A DNA stretch of 53,459 nt from NCBI GenBank assembly GCA_001914535.1, contig MNCR01000102.1, forward strand, positions 1 to 53,459, given 5' to 3'. Origin of the DNA: Candidatus Rokubacteria bacterium 13_2_20CM_69_15_1. Its GTDB lineage: Bacteria; Methylomirabilota; Methylomirabilia; Rokubacteriales; CSP1-6. Of this stretch, positions 38,393 through 47,166 are shown one piece after another (positions within the stretch are counted from its first letter, which is position 1; every line of letters begins with the position of its first letter). The notes under the pieces are model-generated. The model ran no database searches. It was given only the letters and a program-made list of their open reading frames with translations, and was not told the origin of the DNA. The position numbers were made by a program, and so were the translations under genes.

Positions 38393-39480
38393 CGAACGGC
38401 GGATCGCGGTTCGCGCGGCGATGGGAGGACGGATTCCCGGGGGGCCAGGCGCGCCTGCTCGGCGCCGCGCGCAGGGGCTACGGTGGCCTGCTCGGGGCGC
38501 GCGAGTGGCTCTACAGGCGCGGTGTCCTCAGGTCTCGCGCACTCCCGGTGCCCGTGGTGTCCGTCGGCAACCTGACGGTGGGCGGCACGGGCAAGACGCC
38601 GGCGGTGGAGGTCGCCGTGCACACGCTCCCCGCGCTCGGGCATCGGCCGGCGGTCGTCAGCCGCGGCTACGGCCGCCGCACCCGTGGCGTCCAGATCGTC
38701 GCCGACGCGGCGTCGATCCGGCTCGACGCCGAGGACGCGGGCGACGAGCCGTTCCTGCTCGCGCGGCGCCTGCCCGGCGTGCCGGTGGTCGTCGGCTCGA
38801 ACCGCTATGACACGGCGCGCCTCGCGCTCGAGAGGTTCGGCGTCACCGCGATCGTCCTCGACGACGCATTCCAGCACCGCACGCTCCGGAAGGACCTCGA
38901 GATCGTGATGGCGCGCGCGCGAAGCCCGTGGGGCAACGGGGCGCTCCTGCCAGCGGGCCCGTTACGAGAGCCGCTCGCGGCGCTCCGCCGTGCGAACCTG
39001 GTCGTCGCCACCGGTGCCGAGCGACCGGAAGACGCCGCGGCCGTCGTCAGCGCCGTCGACACCCATGCGCCCGGCGTTCCGGTCCTGACGGCCGTCTACA
39101 CGATCGCGGAGTGCTGGGAGGCGAACCGGATGCGGCCCGTGAGTCTCGCGGAGCTCGCGCAGAAGCGGGTGCTCGCGTTTGCCGGGATCGCGGCGCCCCG
39201 CGCGTTCGAGGAGACGCTCCGCGCTGGGGGCGTCGCCGTCGAGCAGGTCCTCGAATTCGCCGACCACCACTGGTACGCACCCGCCGAGCTCGCGACCCTC
39301 GAGGCGCGGGCCCACGACCTCGGTGTCGAGGGCCTCATGACGACCGAGAAGGACTGGGTGCGTCTCAGGAAGCTGCCGCTGCCGCGGCGGCCCCTGTACG
39401 TCCTGTCGGTCCGCCTCGCCCTCACCTCTGGCGAGAACCTCTGGCAGTCCGCCTTCACGCGCGCGTGCCCGACGGCGTAG
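38389..39480 (+). CDS. lpxK: Tetraacyldisaccharide 4'-kinase
   Basis: SVGNLTVGGTGKTP, SRGYG, GDEP, LDDAFQH, LLPAGPLRE, F.DHH, TTEKD. Confidence 0.96.
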   Translation: MTNGGSRFARRWEDGFPGGQARLLGAARRGYGGLLGAREWLYRRGVLRSRALPVPVVSVGNLTVGGTGKTPAVEVAVHTLPALGHRPAVVSRGYGRRTRGVQIVADAASIRLDAEDAGDEPFLLARRLPGVPVVVGSNRYDTARLALERFGVTAIVLDDAFQHRTLRKDLEIVMARARSPWGNGALLPAGPLREPLAALRRANLVVATGAERPEDAAAVVSAVDTHAPGVPVLTAVYTIAECWEANRMRPVSLAELAQKRVLAFAGIAAPRAFEETLRAGGVAVEQVLEFADHHWYAPAELATLEARAHDLGVEGLMTTEKDWVRLRKLPLPRRPLYVLSVRLALTSGENLWQSAFTRACPTA

Positions 39481-40472
39481 TCGTTCGCCTCCCGAATTGG
39501 CTGGGGGACACCGTGATGGCGGTGCCCGCCATCCGCGCCCTTCGCCAGGATGCTCCCGGCGGACGGCTCCTGGTGGCTGGCCCGTGGGCGACGCTGCTCG
39601 GAGAGCAGGCGCTCGCCGACGTGCTCGTCACGTATCCCCGCTCGTGGAGCGGGCGGCTCTCCACTGCAGACACCGTGCGGGGCTTCGGCGGCTCGACCGC
39701 GGTGCTCCTGCCGAACTCGTTCGAGGCCGCGGTGAGCGCGGTCTACTGGGGGGCGCGCCGGCGGATCGGCTTCGCGGTCGGTGGGCGGAGCGCTCTCCTC
39801 ACCGACCGGGTCGAGCTCCCGGAGCCGCGTCGCCACCAGGTGGACGAGTATCTCCTGCTCGTCGAGCGGCTCGGCGTCGCGGCCGACCTCCGTGAGCCAA
39901 GGCTCGTCCCGCCCGATCCGGCGTCGCCTGCGCGTCGCCGCGTGCGCGCGCTGCTGGCCGAGGCGGGCGTGGACGTGCCGTGCGGACGGGCGCGGCTCGT
40001 CGGCGTTCACCTGGGCGCGGCGTACGGCAGCGCGAAGGTCTGGGACCCTGAACGTGCCGTGGAGCTGTGCCGTCTGCTCGGCGCGCGCGGGGACGTGGCG
40101 GTCCTGCTCGGCGCCTCCAGCGACGTCCCGGTCGTGGAGACGGTGCGGCGCGCGAGCGGCGCGCCGAGCCTCGCCGGGCGCGACGGTCCCGATCTCCTCA
40201 TGGCACTCCTCGCCGAGCTCGACGCCCTCGCCTGCGGCGACACCGGCGTCGCCCACCTCGCCGCGGCGCTCGGGACGCCCGTCGTCGCGCTCTTTGGCCC
40301 CACCGATCCGCGGCTCACCGCCCCACGCGGCCCGGTCGCCGTGATCCGCGGCGACGCGCCGTGCGCGCCGTGTTTCTACCGGGCGTGCCCGATCGATCAT
40401 CCGTGCATGCGCGGGATCGGCGCCGGCGCCGTGCTCGAGCGCCTCGACGCGCTCCTCGCGGTGCGTGCGTGA
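39465..40472 (+). CDS. waaF: LPS heptosyltransferase II (GT9)
   Basis: RLPNWLGD.VMA.P, PNSF.AA, GAAYGSAK.W, DTG..HLAAALG.P..ALFGPT, C-terminal CAPC..C..CM. Confidence 0.9.
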   Translation: MPDGVVVRLPNWLGDTVMAVPAIRALRQDAPGGRLLVAGPWATLLGEQALADVLVTYPRSWSGRLSTADTVRGFGGSTAVLLPNSFEAAVSAVYWGARRRIGFAVGGRSALLTDRVELPEPRRHQVDEYLLLVERLGVAADLREPRLVPPDPASPARRRVRALLAEAGVDVPCGRARLVGVHLGAAYGSAKVWDPERAVELCRLLGARGDVAVLLGASSDVPVVETVRRASGAPSLAGRDGPDLLMALLAELDALACGDTGVAHLAAALGTPVVALFGPTDPRLTAPRGPVAVIRGDAPCAPCFYRACPIDHPCMRGIGAGAVLERLDALLAVRA

Positions 40473-41575
40473 CGCCGCTCACGATCCTGCACCTTGCCGC
40501 CAACCGCTGGTGGACGGGCAGCGCCGACCCGACGATCCAGCTCGCGGCGGGCCTGCGCGCGCGCGGCCATCGCGTCCTCCTCGGCGTGATCCCCGGCGAC
40601 CGGTTCGAGGTGAAGGCGCGGGAGGCAGGCCTCGAGCTGGTCGAAGAGCTCAGGCTCGGCTCCGGGGCGGTCCTCCGCGACACCCTTCGGCTGCGGGCCG
40701 TGATCTACCGTGAGGGGATCGATATCGTTCACGCCCATCACTCGCACGACCACTGGCTCGCGCTGATCGTGCGTGCAGTCCTCCGCGGCCGCCTGCGCCC
40801 GCCCGTCGTGCGGACTTTTCACAACCTCCGCGCGGTGAGGCGCGACCGGCTCGCCGGCGGCCTCTATCGGCGCACCGCTGCGCTCTTCGCGGTCTCGCGC
40901 CAGATCGAGGCGCGCTGCCGCGAGGTCGGTGTCCCGCCGGACCGCGTCCACTGGATTCCGGGCGCCGCAGACCTCGGGCGCTTCGCCGGCGAGGCCGACC
41001 CGCTTCCCGTGCGCGACGAGTTCAAGCTCGGCGAGGCGCCGGTGATCGTCTCGGTCGCGCGTCTGGCGCCGAACCGCGGCCATGAGCTCCTGCTGGCGGG
41101 CTTTCGGCTGCTCCTCCAGGAGCTGCCCGCGGCGCGGCTCCTCCTCGTGGGCAAGGGCGAGACGCGCGGGCACCTCGAGCAGGTGGCCGCCGAGCTCGGG
41201 CTCGTGAACCGGGTCGTCTTCACCGGCTACCGCGATCGCGATCTGCCACTGGTCCTCGCCGCGGCCGACTGCTTCGCGCTGATGTCCGCGGGCTCCGACG
41301 AGTCGTGCCGGGCGGCGCTCGAAGCCATGGCGGCCGGACGCCCGGTCGTCGCGCGACGGGTCGGCGCGCTACCCGAGACCGTCGTGCACGGCGAGACGGG
41401 GCTCCTGATCGACGACGACCGGCCCGAGAGCGTCTGTGCCGCGCTCGCCGCGGCGCTCGCGGCGCCGGAGCGTGGGCGTGCGATGGGTGTCGCCGGGCGC
41501 AGGCGCGCGCGCGACGTGTTCAGCCCCGAGCGGTCGATCGATACCGTGGAGCGGGTCTACCGGAGCCTCGTGTGA
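40469..41575 (+). CDS. Glycosyltransferase family 4 (LPS core)
   Basis: GT-B: RGH.V, DIVHAH, VARL, LVG.G, ALEAMAAGRPVV...VG.LPE.V..G.TG. Confidence 0.88.
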   Translation: MTPLTILHLAANRWWTGSADPTIQLAAGLRARGHRVLLGVIPGDRFEVKAREAGLELVEELRLGSGAVLRDTLRLRAVIYREGIDIVHAHHSHDHWLALIVRAVLRGRLRPPVVRTFHNLRAVRRDRLAGGLYRRTAALFAVSRQIEARCREVGVPPDRVHWIPGAADLGRFAGEADPLPVRDEFKLGEAPVIVSVARLAPNRGHELLLAGFRLLLQELPAARLLLVGKGETRGHLEQVAAELGLVNRVVFTGYRDRDLPLVLAAADCFALMSAGSDESCRAALEAMAAGRPVVARRVGALPETVVHGETGLLIDDDRPESVCAALAAALAAPERGRAMGVAGRRRARDVFSPERSIDTVERVYRSLV

Positions 41576-42696
41576 GGATCCTCCAGCTCGTCTCCTGCCG
41601 TGGCTGGTCCTCCGACGCATACTGGGCCGCTCGCGTGAGCCGCGAGCTCGAGCGGCGTGGCCACGAGGTGACGCTCGGCTGCCGCGTGGGAACGGACGAG
41701 CGGGTGATCACGCCGGCGCTCCAGCTGGGGGTCCGGAGTATCGAGACGTTCGCCTTCGCGAGCGGGCTCAAGCCCCTCGCCGACCCCGCCGATGTGCGCC
41801 GGCTCACCGCGAAGCTCGCGGAGACCGACATCGTGCACGTCCATCGGGGCAAGGAGCACTGGCTCGCCGCCGCCGCCAACCGGCTCAGCCAGACGCCGCG
41901 CCCGCTCGTCCGCACGCGGCACATCGCCCTTGCCGTCCGGCCGCACGCGGCGAACCGCTGGCTCTACCGGCGGGCGACGGCGTGGGTCGTCACGGTGACC
42001 GACGCGATCCGCGGCCAGTACATCGCCTCGGGGCTTCTCGAACCCGAGCGCGTGACGGCGCTCCCGGGCGGCGTCGACACCGAGGTCTACCGACCGCTCC
42101 CCGCGGACCCCGGCGTCCGGCGGAAGCTCGGGGGCGAGCCCGATCGCCCGCTCGTCGGGGTGGTCGCCGGGCTCAGAGTCATGAAGGGACACGCCGTCGT
42201 GATCGAGGCGGCGGGGTACCTGGGGGCGCGTGGACTGCGCCCCCGGTTCGCCTTCGTCGGCCGCGGATCGACGGAGCCCGCGATCCGCGCGGCGATCCGG
42301 GCCGCCGGGCTCGACGCGCAGTTCACCGTCTCGGGGTTCGCAGACGATCTACCCCAGGTGCTCGCGGCGCTCGACGTCGTCCTGTACGTCCCGCTCGAGT
42401 CCGACGGCATGTCGCGTGTCGTCTTCGAGTGCCTCGCCGCCGGCCGGCCGCTGATCGCCTCCCGCGTGGGCGTGGTGCCCGAGGTGCTGACCGACGACGA
42501 GCACGCGGTGCTGGTCCCCTCCGGCGACGCGGCGGCCCTCGCCGACGCGATCGCGCGCCTGCTCGGGAACGCAGGCATCCGCGAGCGGCTCGGCCGTGCG
42601 GCACGGAAGCTCGTCGAGAGCCGGTACTCCGGTGCGCAGCTCGCTGCCGCGCTCGAGACCCGCTACGCACGTCTCGTCACGGCTCCGCCAGTGTGA
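41572..42696 (+). CDS. Glycosyltransferase family 4 (LPS core)
   Basis: GT-B: RGHEV, DIVHVH, GVD, KGH, FECLAAGRPLIASRVG..PE. Confidence 0.88.
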   Translation: MRILQLVSCRGWSSDAYWAARVSRELERRGHEVTLGCRVGTDERVITPALQLGVRSIETFAFASGLKPLADPADVRRLTAKLAETDIVHVHRGKEHWLAAAANRLSQTPRPLVRTRHIALAVRPHAANRWLYRRATAWVVTVTDAIRGQYIASGLLEPERVTALPGGVDTEVYRPLPADPGVRRKLGGEPDRPLVGVVAGLRVMKGHAVVIEAAGYLGARGLRPRFAFVGRGSTEPAIRAAIRAAGLDAQFTVSGFADDLPQVLAALDVVLYVPLESDGMSRVVFECLAAGRPLIASRVGVVPEVLTDDEHAVLVPSGDAAALADAIARLLGNAGIRERLGRAARKLVESRYSGAQLAAALETRYARLVTAPPV

Positions 42697-43823
42697 AGAT
42701 CTCGGTCGTCGCCTTCGACCTCTCTGACAACGCGACCGGCCGTGCCGATCTGCTCGCCCGTCTGCTGGCCGCGCGCTGGGACGTCGAGGTCGTCGGCCCC
42801 CGATTCGGTCCGTCGCTCTGGAAGCCCGCCGAGGGCGGCCCGGTCAAGCACCGGACCGTGCGGGCGGGGAAATATCCAGGGTTTCTCCGACGGCTGCCCG
42901 CGCTGCTCTCGCTGGTCGACGGCGACCTCATCGTCGCGTCGAAGCCGCGCCCGACGAGCTACGGCCTCGGCCTGCTGGCCCGGTCACGGCGTCGGCGCCC
43001 GCTGCTGCTCGACATCGACGACTGGGAGCTCGGGTTCCTCTATCGGTCTGGGGTCTGGGGCCGCGTCGGCCGGGCGCTCGACCTCGCCGATCCCAACGGG
43101 CTCGCGTGGACATGGGTGACGGAGCGGTTGGTCGGCCGCGCAGACGCCCTCACGGTCGCCTCACGCTTCCTCGCCGAGCGCTTCGGCGGCGTCCTGCTCC
43201 CGCACGTGCGCGACACCGATGCGTGGGACCCGGCGCGTTACGATCCGGCGAGCGCGCGGGCGACGCTCGGCGTCGCCGCGGAGAAGGTCGTCATGTTTCT
43301 CGGCACGCCGCGGGCCTACAAGGGCGTGGACGATCTGGTCGAGGCGGTCGGGCTCCTCGGGCCGGGTGTGGTCTTGGCCCTCGTCGGCGCGAATGGGGAG
43401 CGCCGTGCCGCGGGACGCTGGGCGGCGCTGCCGCACGTGAGGGTTTTCGGCGAGATCCCGTTCGACGAGGTTCCGCGTTACCTCATCGCCGCCGACGTCG
43501 TGGCGGTGCCCCAGCGGGCGACGATGGACACCATCGGCCAGGTGCCGGCGAAGCTCTTCGACGCGATGGCGCTCGGGCGGCCGATCGTGTCCACGGCGGT
43601 CTCGATGATCCCCGAGATCCTCGATGGCTGCGGTCTCATCGTGACGCCGGGGGATCCGCGTGGGCTCGCGACGGCGATCCGACGCCTGCTGGAGCGCCCC
43701 GACGAGGCCAGAGGGCTCGGGGAACGCGCCCGCCGGCGCTGCCACGAGCGCTACAGCTTCCGTGCCGCCCGAGCGACGTTGTTCCCCCTCGTCGAGCGCC
43801 TGACCCGGGGATCAGTGAAATGA
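42693..43823 (+). CDS. Glycosyltransferase family 4
   Basis: DIDD, G....KG.DDL, PAKLFDAMALGRPIVST.V..IPE; GTGA overlap start. Confidence 0.87.
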   Translation: MKISVVAFDLSDNATGRADLLARLLAARWDVEVVGPRFGPSLWKPAEGGPVKHRTVRAGKYPGFLRRLPALLSLVDGDLIVASKPRPTSYGLGLLARSRRRRPLLLDIDDWELGFLYRSGVWGRVGRALDLADPNGLAWTWVTERLVGRADALTVASRFLAERFGGVLLPHVRDTDAWDPARYDPASARATLGVAAEKVVMFLGTPRAYKGVDDLVEAVGLLGPGVVLALVGANGERRAAGRWAALPHVRVFGEIPFDEVPRYLIAADVVAVPQRATMDTIGQVPAKLFDAMALGRPIVSTAVSMIPEILDGCGLIVTPGDPRGLATAIRRLLERPDEARGLGERARRRCHERYSFRAARATLFPLVERLTRGSVK

Positions 43824-43961
43824 GTAGCGCCATGCGGAACGCAGCCGGGGCGCACCTCGTCTCGGGCCACCCCCCGAAGGTGCCGGCCCCGCGGCGTCGG
43901 TGAAATGAATCGCGCGATGCGGAACGCAGCCGCGGCGCACCTCGTCTCGGGCCACCCGTGA
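43820..43961 (+). repeat. Two tandem type B junction repeat copies; mini-ORFs MSSAMRNAAGAHLVSGHPPKVPAPRRR (43820-43903) and MNRAMRNAAAAHLVSGHP (43905-43961)
   Basis: ATGCGGAACGCAGCCG(G/C)GGCGCACCTCGTCTCGGGCCA at 43832 and 43917 (85-bp period), the same as at 25296; ATGA overlap upstream, GTGA overlap downstream. Confidence 0.95.
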
Positions 43962-45070
43962 AGCTCCTGATCATCGCCCGCCCCTTCGTGTTCCACGGCG
44001 GCGTCGAGCGGGCGACGGCCGGTCTCGTGGACGCGCTGGTGCAGCACGGCTACGACGTGCACCTCCTGAGCCCCCGCGCCCAGGTGCCCATACCCGGCGT
44101 CACGCGACACGTGCTCCCGCTCCCGCCGCTCCCGTCGGCGGCGCGTGCCCTGGCCCTCGCCGCGCTCGCGCGCGTCGTGGTGTCCCGTGGCGGATGGGAC
44201 GTCGTGCAGAGCCACGAGCGTACGCTCCGCCAGGACATCTATCGGGCGGGGGAGGGGTGCCATCGGGCTTACCTCCACAGCATGGGCGACGCGGGGCGTC
44301 GTCGCCCGCTCTTTCACCGGATCGTCCTCGGGCTCGAGCGGCGCGTGTTCGCGGCGACCCCGCATGTCGTCGCGATCTCCCGCCGCGGCGCGGCCGAGAT
44401 CGCCGACCTCTACGGCGTCCCGGGTGAGCGTCTCTCGGTCGTGTACAACGGCGTGGACCTCGAGCGCTTCCACCCGAAGAACCGCGACGCCGAGCGGCGC
44501 GCCGCGCGTGCCGAGGCCGGGGTCGCCGCCGACGCGTGGACCCTCCTCTTCGTCGGCAGCGGCTTCGAGCGCAAGGGGCTCGGCACCGTGGTGGAGGCGC
44601 TCGCGCTCTGCTCGGATCGCACGAGCCGCCTCATCGTGGTCGGGCGGGGCGCCACCCAGGCGTTCCGAGAGCAGGCCGCGCGCGTCGGAGTCGACAGCCG
44701 TATCGTGTGGCTCGGTCCTCGGCGCGACGTCGAGCGGTGGTACGCCGCCGCGGACGTCGCCGTTCTGCCGAGCCGCTATGAGCCGTTCGGCAACGTCCAT
44801 CTCGAGGCGCTCGCGTCGGGCGTCCCGGTCGTTGCGAGCGCCGTGGCCGGCGGCGCCGAGGCGATCGCGGACGGTCGGGGCGGCGCGATCGTGGATCCGC
44901 GCGACGCGAGGGCCGTCGTGGCGGCCCTCGGGCGCCTCCGCGAGCGGAACCCCGGCGAGGTCACCGACGCCGCACGCCGCGCCGCGGAGCCCTTCACGTT
45001 CGCCGCGCAGGTCGCCGGATTCGGCCGGATCTATGCGCAGATGGCAGCCCCAAGGTGCGATTTTTCTTGA
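43958..45070 (+). CDS. Glycosyltransferase family 4, WaaG/RfaG-like
   Basis: GGVER, QSHER....DIYRAGEGCH, YNGVD, FVGSGFERKGL, YEPFGNV.LEALASGVPV. Confidence 0.88.
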   Translation: MKLLIIARPFVFHGGVERATAGLVDALVQHGYDVHLLSPRAQVPIPGVTRHVLPLPPLPSAARALALAALARVVVSRGGWDVVQSHERTLRQDIYRAGEGCHRAYLHSMGDAGRRRPLFHRIVLGLERRVFAATPHVVAISRRGAAEIADLYGVPGERLSVVYNGVDLERFHPKNRDAERRAARAEAGVAADAWTLLFVGSGFERKGLGTVVEALALCSDRTSRLIVVGRGATQAFREQAARVGVDSRIVWLGPRRDVERWYAAADVAVLPSRYEPFGNVHLEALASGVPVVASAVAGGAEAIADGRGGAIVDPRDARAVVAALGRLRERNPGEVTDAARRAAEPFTFAAQVAGFGRIYAQMAAPRCDFS

Positions 45071-45095
45071 GAAATCCGGACGTGCGACTTACACT
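45067..45095 (+). promoter_or_regulatory. Putative sigma70-type internal promoter for leaderless gmhB
   Basis: TTGAGA (45067-72), 17 nt, TACACT (45090-95), 7 nt, GTG 45103; T-tract immediately upstream. Confidence 0.6.
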
Positions 45096-45102
45096 CGGCG
45101 GC

Positions 45103-45684
45103 GTGGGTTCTCGCCCGGCGGTCTTCATCGATCGTGACGGGACGCTCACGGAGGAAGTGGGCTACGTCAACCATCCCAGCCGGCTACGACTTCTTCCCCG
45201 ATCGGCAGAGGCCGTCCGCCGCCTGAACCGAGCCGGCATCGCGACTCTCGTGGTGACGAACCAGGCGGGCGTGGCGCGCGGCTACTTCTCGGAGGAGGTT
45301 CTGGCCGCGGTGAACGCGGCGCTCGCGGCGAAGCTCAAGGAGGAGGGCGCCTACCTGGACGGCATCTACGTCTGCCCGCACCATCCGACCGAGGGCGAGC
45401 CTCCGTACCGGGTCGCGTGCGACTGCCGGAAGCCCAAGCCGGGACTCCTGTACCGCGCCGCCGCCGATCATGGGCTCGACTTGCCACGGTGCACGTTGGT
45501 CGGCGACAAGCCGTCCGACCTCGTACCGGCGCGCACGGTCGGAGCGCAGGCGGTGCTCGTCTTGACGGGCTACGGGCTCGGCGAGTGGGAATACCGGCGC
45601 GCGAGCTTCCCCGTGGAGCCCGACCACGTGGCGAAGGACCTGCTCGACGCCGTCGACTGGGTGCTCGCGGGGCGCTCGGCGTGA
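45103..45684 (+). CDS. gmhB: D-glycero-D-manno-heptose 1,7-bisphosphate phosphatase
   Basis: FIDRDGT, VTNQAG, CPH..CDCRKPKPG zinc site, VGD..SD; start GTG 45103 preferred over 45055. Confidence 0.93.
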   Translation: MGSRPAVFIDRDGTLTEEVGYVNHPSRLRLLPRSAEAVRRLNRAGIATLVVTNQAGVARGYFSEEVLAAVNAALAAKLKEEGAYLDGIYVCPHHPTEGEPPYRVACDCRKPKPGLLYRAAADHGLDLPRCTLVGDKPSDLVPARTVGAQAVLVLTGYGLGEWEYRRASFPVEPDHVAKDLLDAVDWVLAGRSA

Positions 45685-46691
45685 GCGCGGCGACGAGCGG
45701 GATGCGCGCCGCGGTCGACGCCTTCGGCGCGCGCACGGTCGTCGTCATCGGCGACCTCATCACCGACGAGTATCTCTTCGGCAAGCCGTCGCGGATCTCG
45801 CGCGAGGCGCCCGTCCTGATCTTGCGATTTGTCGAGCGCGAGGTGCTGCTGGGCGGCGCGGCCAATGCGGCGCACAACGTCCACGCGCTCGGCGCGCGCG
45901 TCGTCCCGATCGGCGTGATCGGGCGCGACGGGGCGGGGCAGGAGCTGCAGGCGCTCTTTCACGCCGCCGGCATGCCGACCGACGGCCTGGTGTCGGAGCC
46001 GGGCCGCCCGACGCCCGTGAAGACGCGCATCATGGCCGGTGGTTACCCGGCGACGCGCCAGCAGCTGGTCCGCCTCGACCGCGAGCCGGCGCAGGATCTC
46101 ATGCCGACCACCGAGGACGCGCTGCTCGGCCGGCTCAGCGCGCTCGCGGCGCGCGTCGACGCGATCCTCGTCTCGGACTACGGCTACGGGACCGTCACCC
46201 CGCGCGTCTTCGAGCGCGTCAAGGCCGTCGCCCGCCGCGCCAATGCGATCGTCACGGTGGACAGTCGCTACCACCTTCCGCGCTTCGCGGGCGCCACGGC
46301 TGCCACGCCCAACGAGGCGGAGCTCGCCGAGCTCACCGGCATGCCCGTCGACGACGAGCGCGCCGTCGAGAAGGCGGGACGCCAGCTGCTCGAACGGCTC
46401 GAGGCGCGCATGCTCCTCGTCACCCGCGGTAGCCGCGGGATGGCGCTGTTCGAGCGCGACGGCGCGACCACGTTCATCCCGATCCACGGGACCGACGAGA
46501 TCGCCGACGTGACGGGAGCGGGGGACACCGTCATCAGCACGTTCACGCTCGCCCTGGCGTGCCGCGCGGCGTCCGCCGAGGCCGCGGCGCTCGCGAACGT
46601 CGCGGGCGGGATCGTGGTGATGAAGCGCGGGACCGCCACGGTCTCGCGCGCGGAGCTCCAACAGGCCCTCGGCCTGGGCGCGACGCCGTGA
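45681..46691 (+). CDS. hldA: D-glycero-beta-D-manno-heptose-7-phosphate kinase (stand-alone HldA / RfaE domain I)
   Basis: GD...D.Y..G...RISREAPV, GGAAN, T..KTR, SDYG.G, TPN..E, DVTGAGDT. Confidence 0.92.
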   Translation: MSAATSGMRAAVDAFGARTVVVIGDLITDEYLFGKPSRISREAPVLILRFVEREVLLGGAANAAHNVHALGARVVPIGVIGRDGAGQELQALFHAAGMPTDGLVSEPGRPTPVKTRIMAGGYPATRQQLVRLDREPAQDLMPTTEDALLGRLSALAARVDAILVSDYGYGTVTPRVFERVKAVARRANAIVTVDSRYHLPRFAGATAATPNEAELAELTGMPVDDERAVEKAGRQLLERLEARMLLVTRGSRGMALFERDGATTFIPIHGTDEIADVTGAGDTVISTFTLALACRAASAEAAALANVAGGIVVMKRGTATVSRAELQQALGLGATP

Positions 46692-46701
46692 CGCCCCCGA
46701 C

Positions 46702-47166
46702 ATGACGCTCGACGAAGCGGCCGCCCTCGCCGCGCGGCTCCGCGCCGAGGGCCGACGCATCGTCCTCGCGAACGGCTGCTTCGACCTCCTGCACGTCGGC
46801 CACATCCGCTACCTTCGCGCGGCCCGACGGCTCGGCGACGTGCTCTTCGTCGGCCTCAACTCGGACGCGGCGGTGGCGCGGCTGAAAGGCCCGGGACGTC
46901 CCCTGATACCCGCCGCGGAGCGCGTCGAGCTCCTCCGCTCGCTCCGCGACGTCGATCACGTGGTCGTCTTCGACGACGACACGGCCGACCGGCTCGTCGC
47001 CTCGGTCCGGCCTCACGTGCACGCGAAGGGGACGGACTACACGGCCGGGTCGGTGCCCGAGGCTCCCGCGGTACGGTCGGTGGGCGGGGAGGTGGCCGTC
47101 GTCGGTGACGCGAAGGACCATTCCACGCGGGACTTGATCTCCCGGATCGTGGAGCGCTTTGCGTGA
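46702..47166 (+). CDS. hldC: Heptose-1-phosphate adenylyltransferase (stand-alone HldC / RfaE domain II)
   Basis: NGCFDLLHVGH, GLNSD, KG.GRP, KGTDY, HST. Confidence 0.92.
   Translation: MTLDEAAALAARLRAEGRRIVLANGCFDLLHVGHIRYLRAARRLGDVLFVGLNSDAAVARLKGPGRPLIPAAERVELLRSLRDVDHVVVFDDDTADRLVASVRPHVHAKGTDYTAGSVPEAPAVRSVGGEVAVVGDAKDHSTRDLISRIVERFA

Noticed and set aside
41436-43823. Apparent large fusion ORFs in the track (795 aa GT, 665 aa WaaA, 614 aa LpxI, 560 aa TrpS)
   Set aside because: The N-terminal parts are off-frame read-through of upstream genes; real starts are at the stop/start overlaps.
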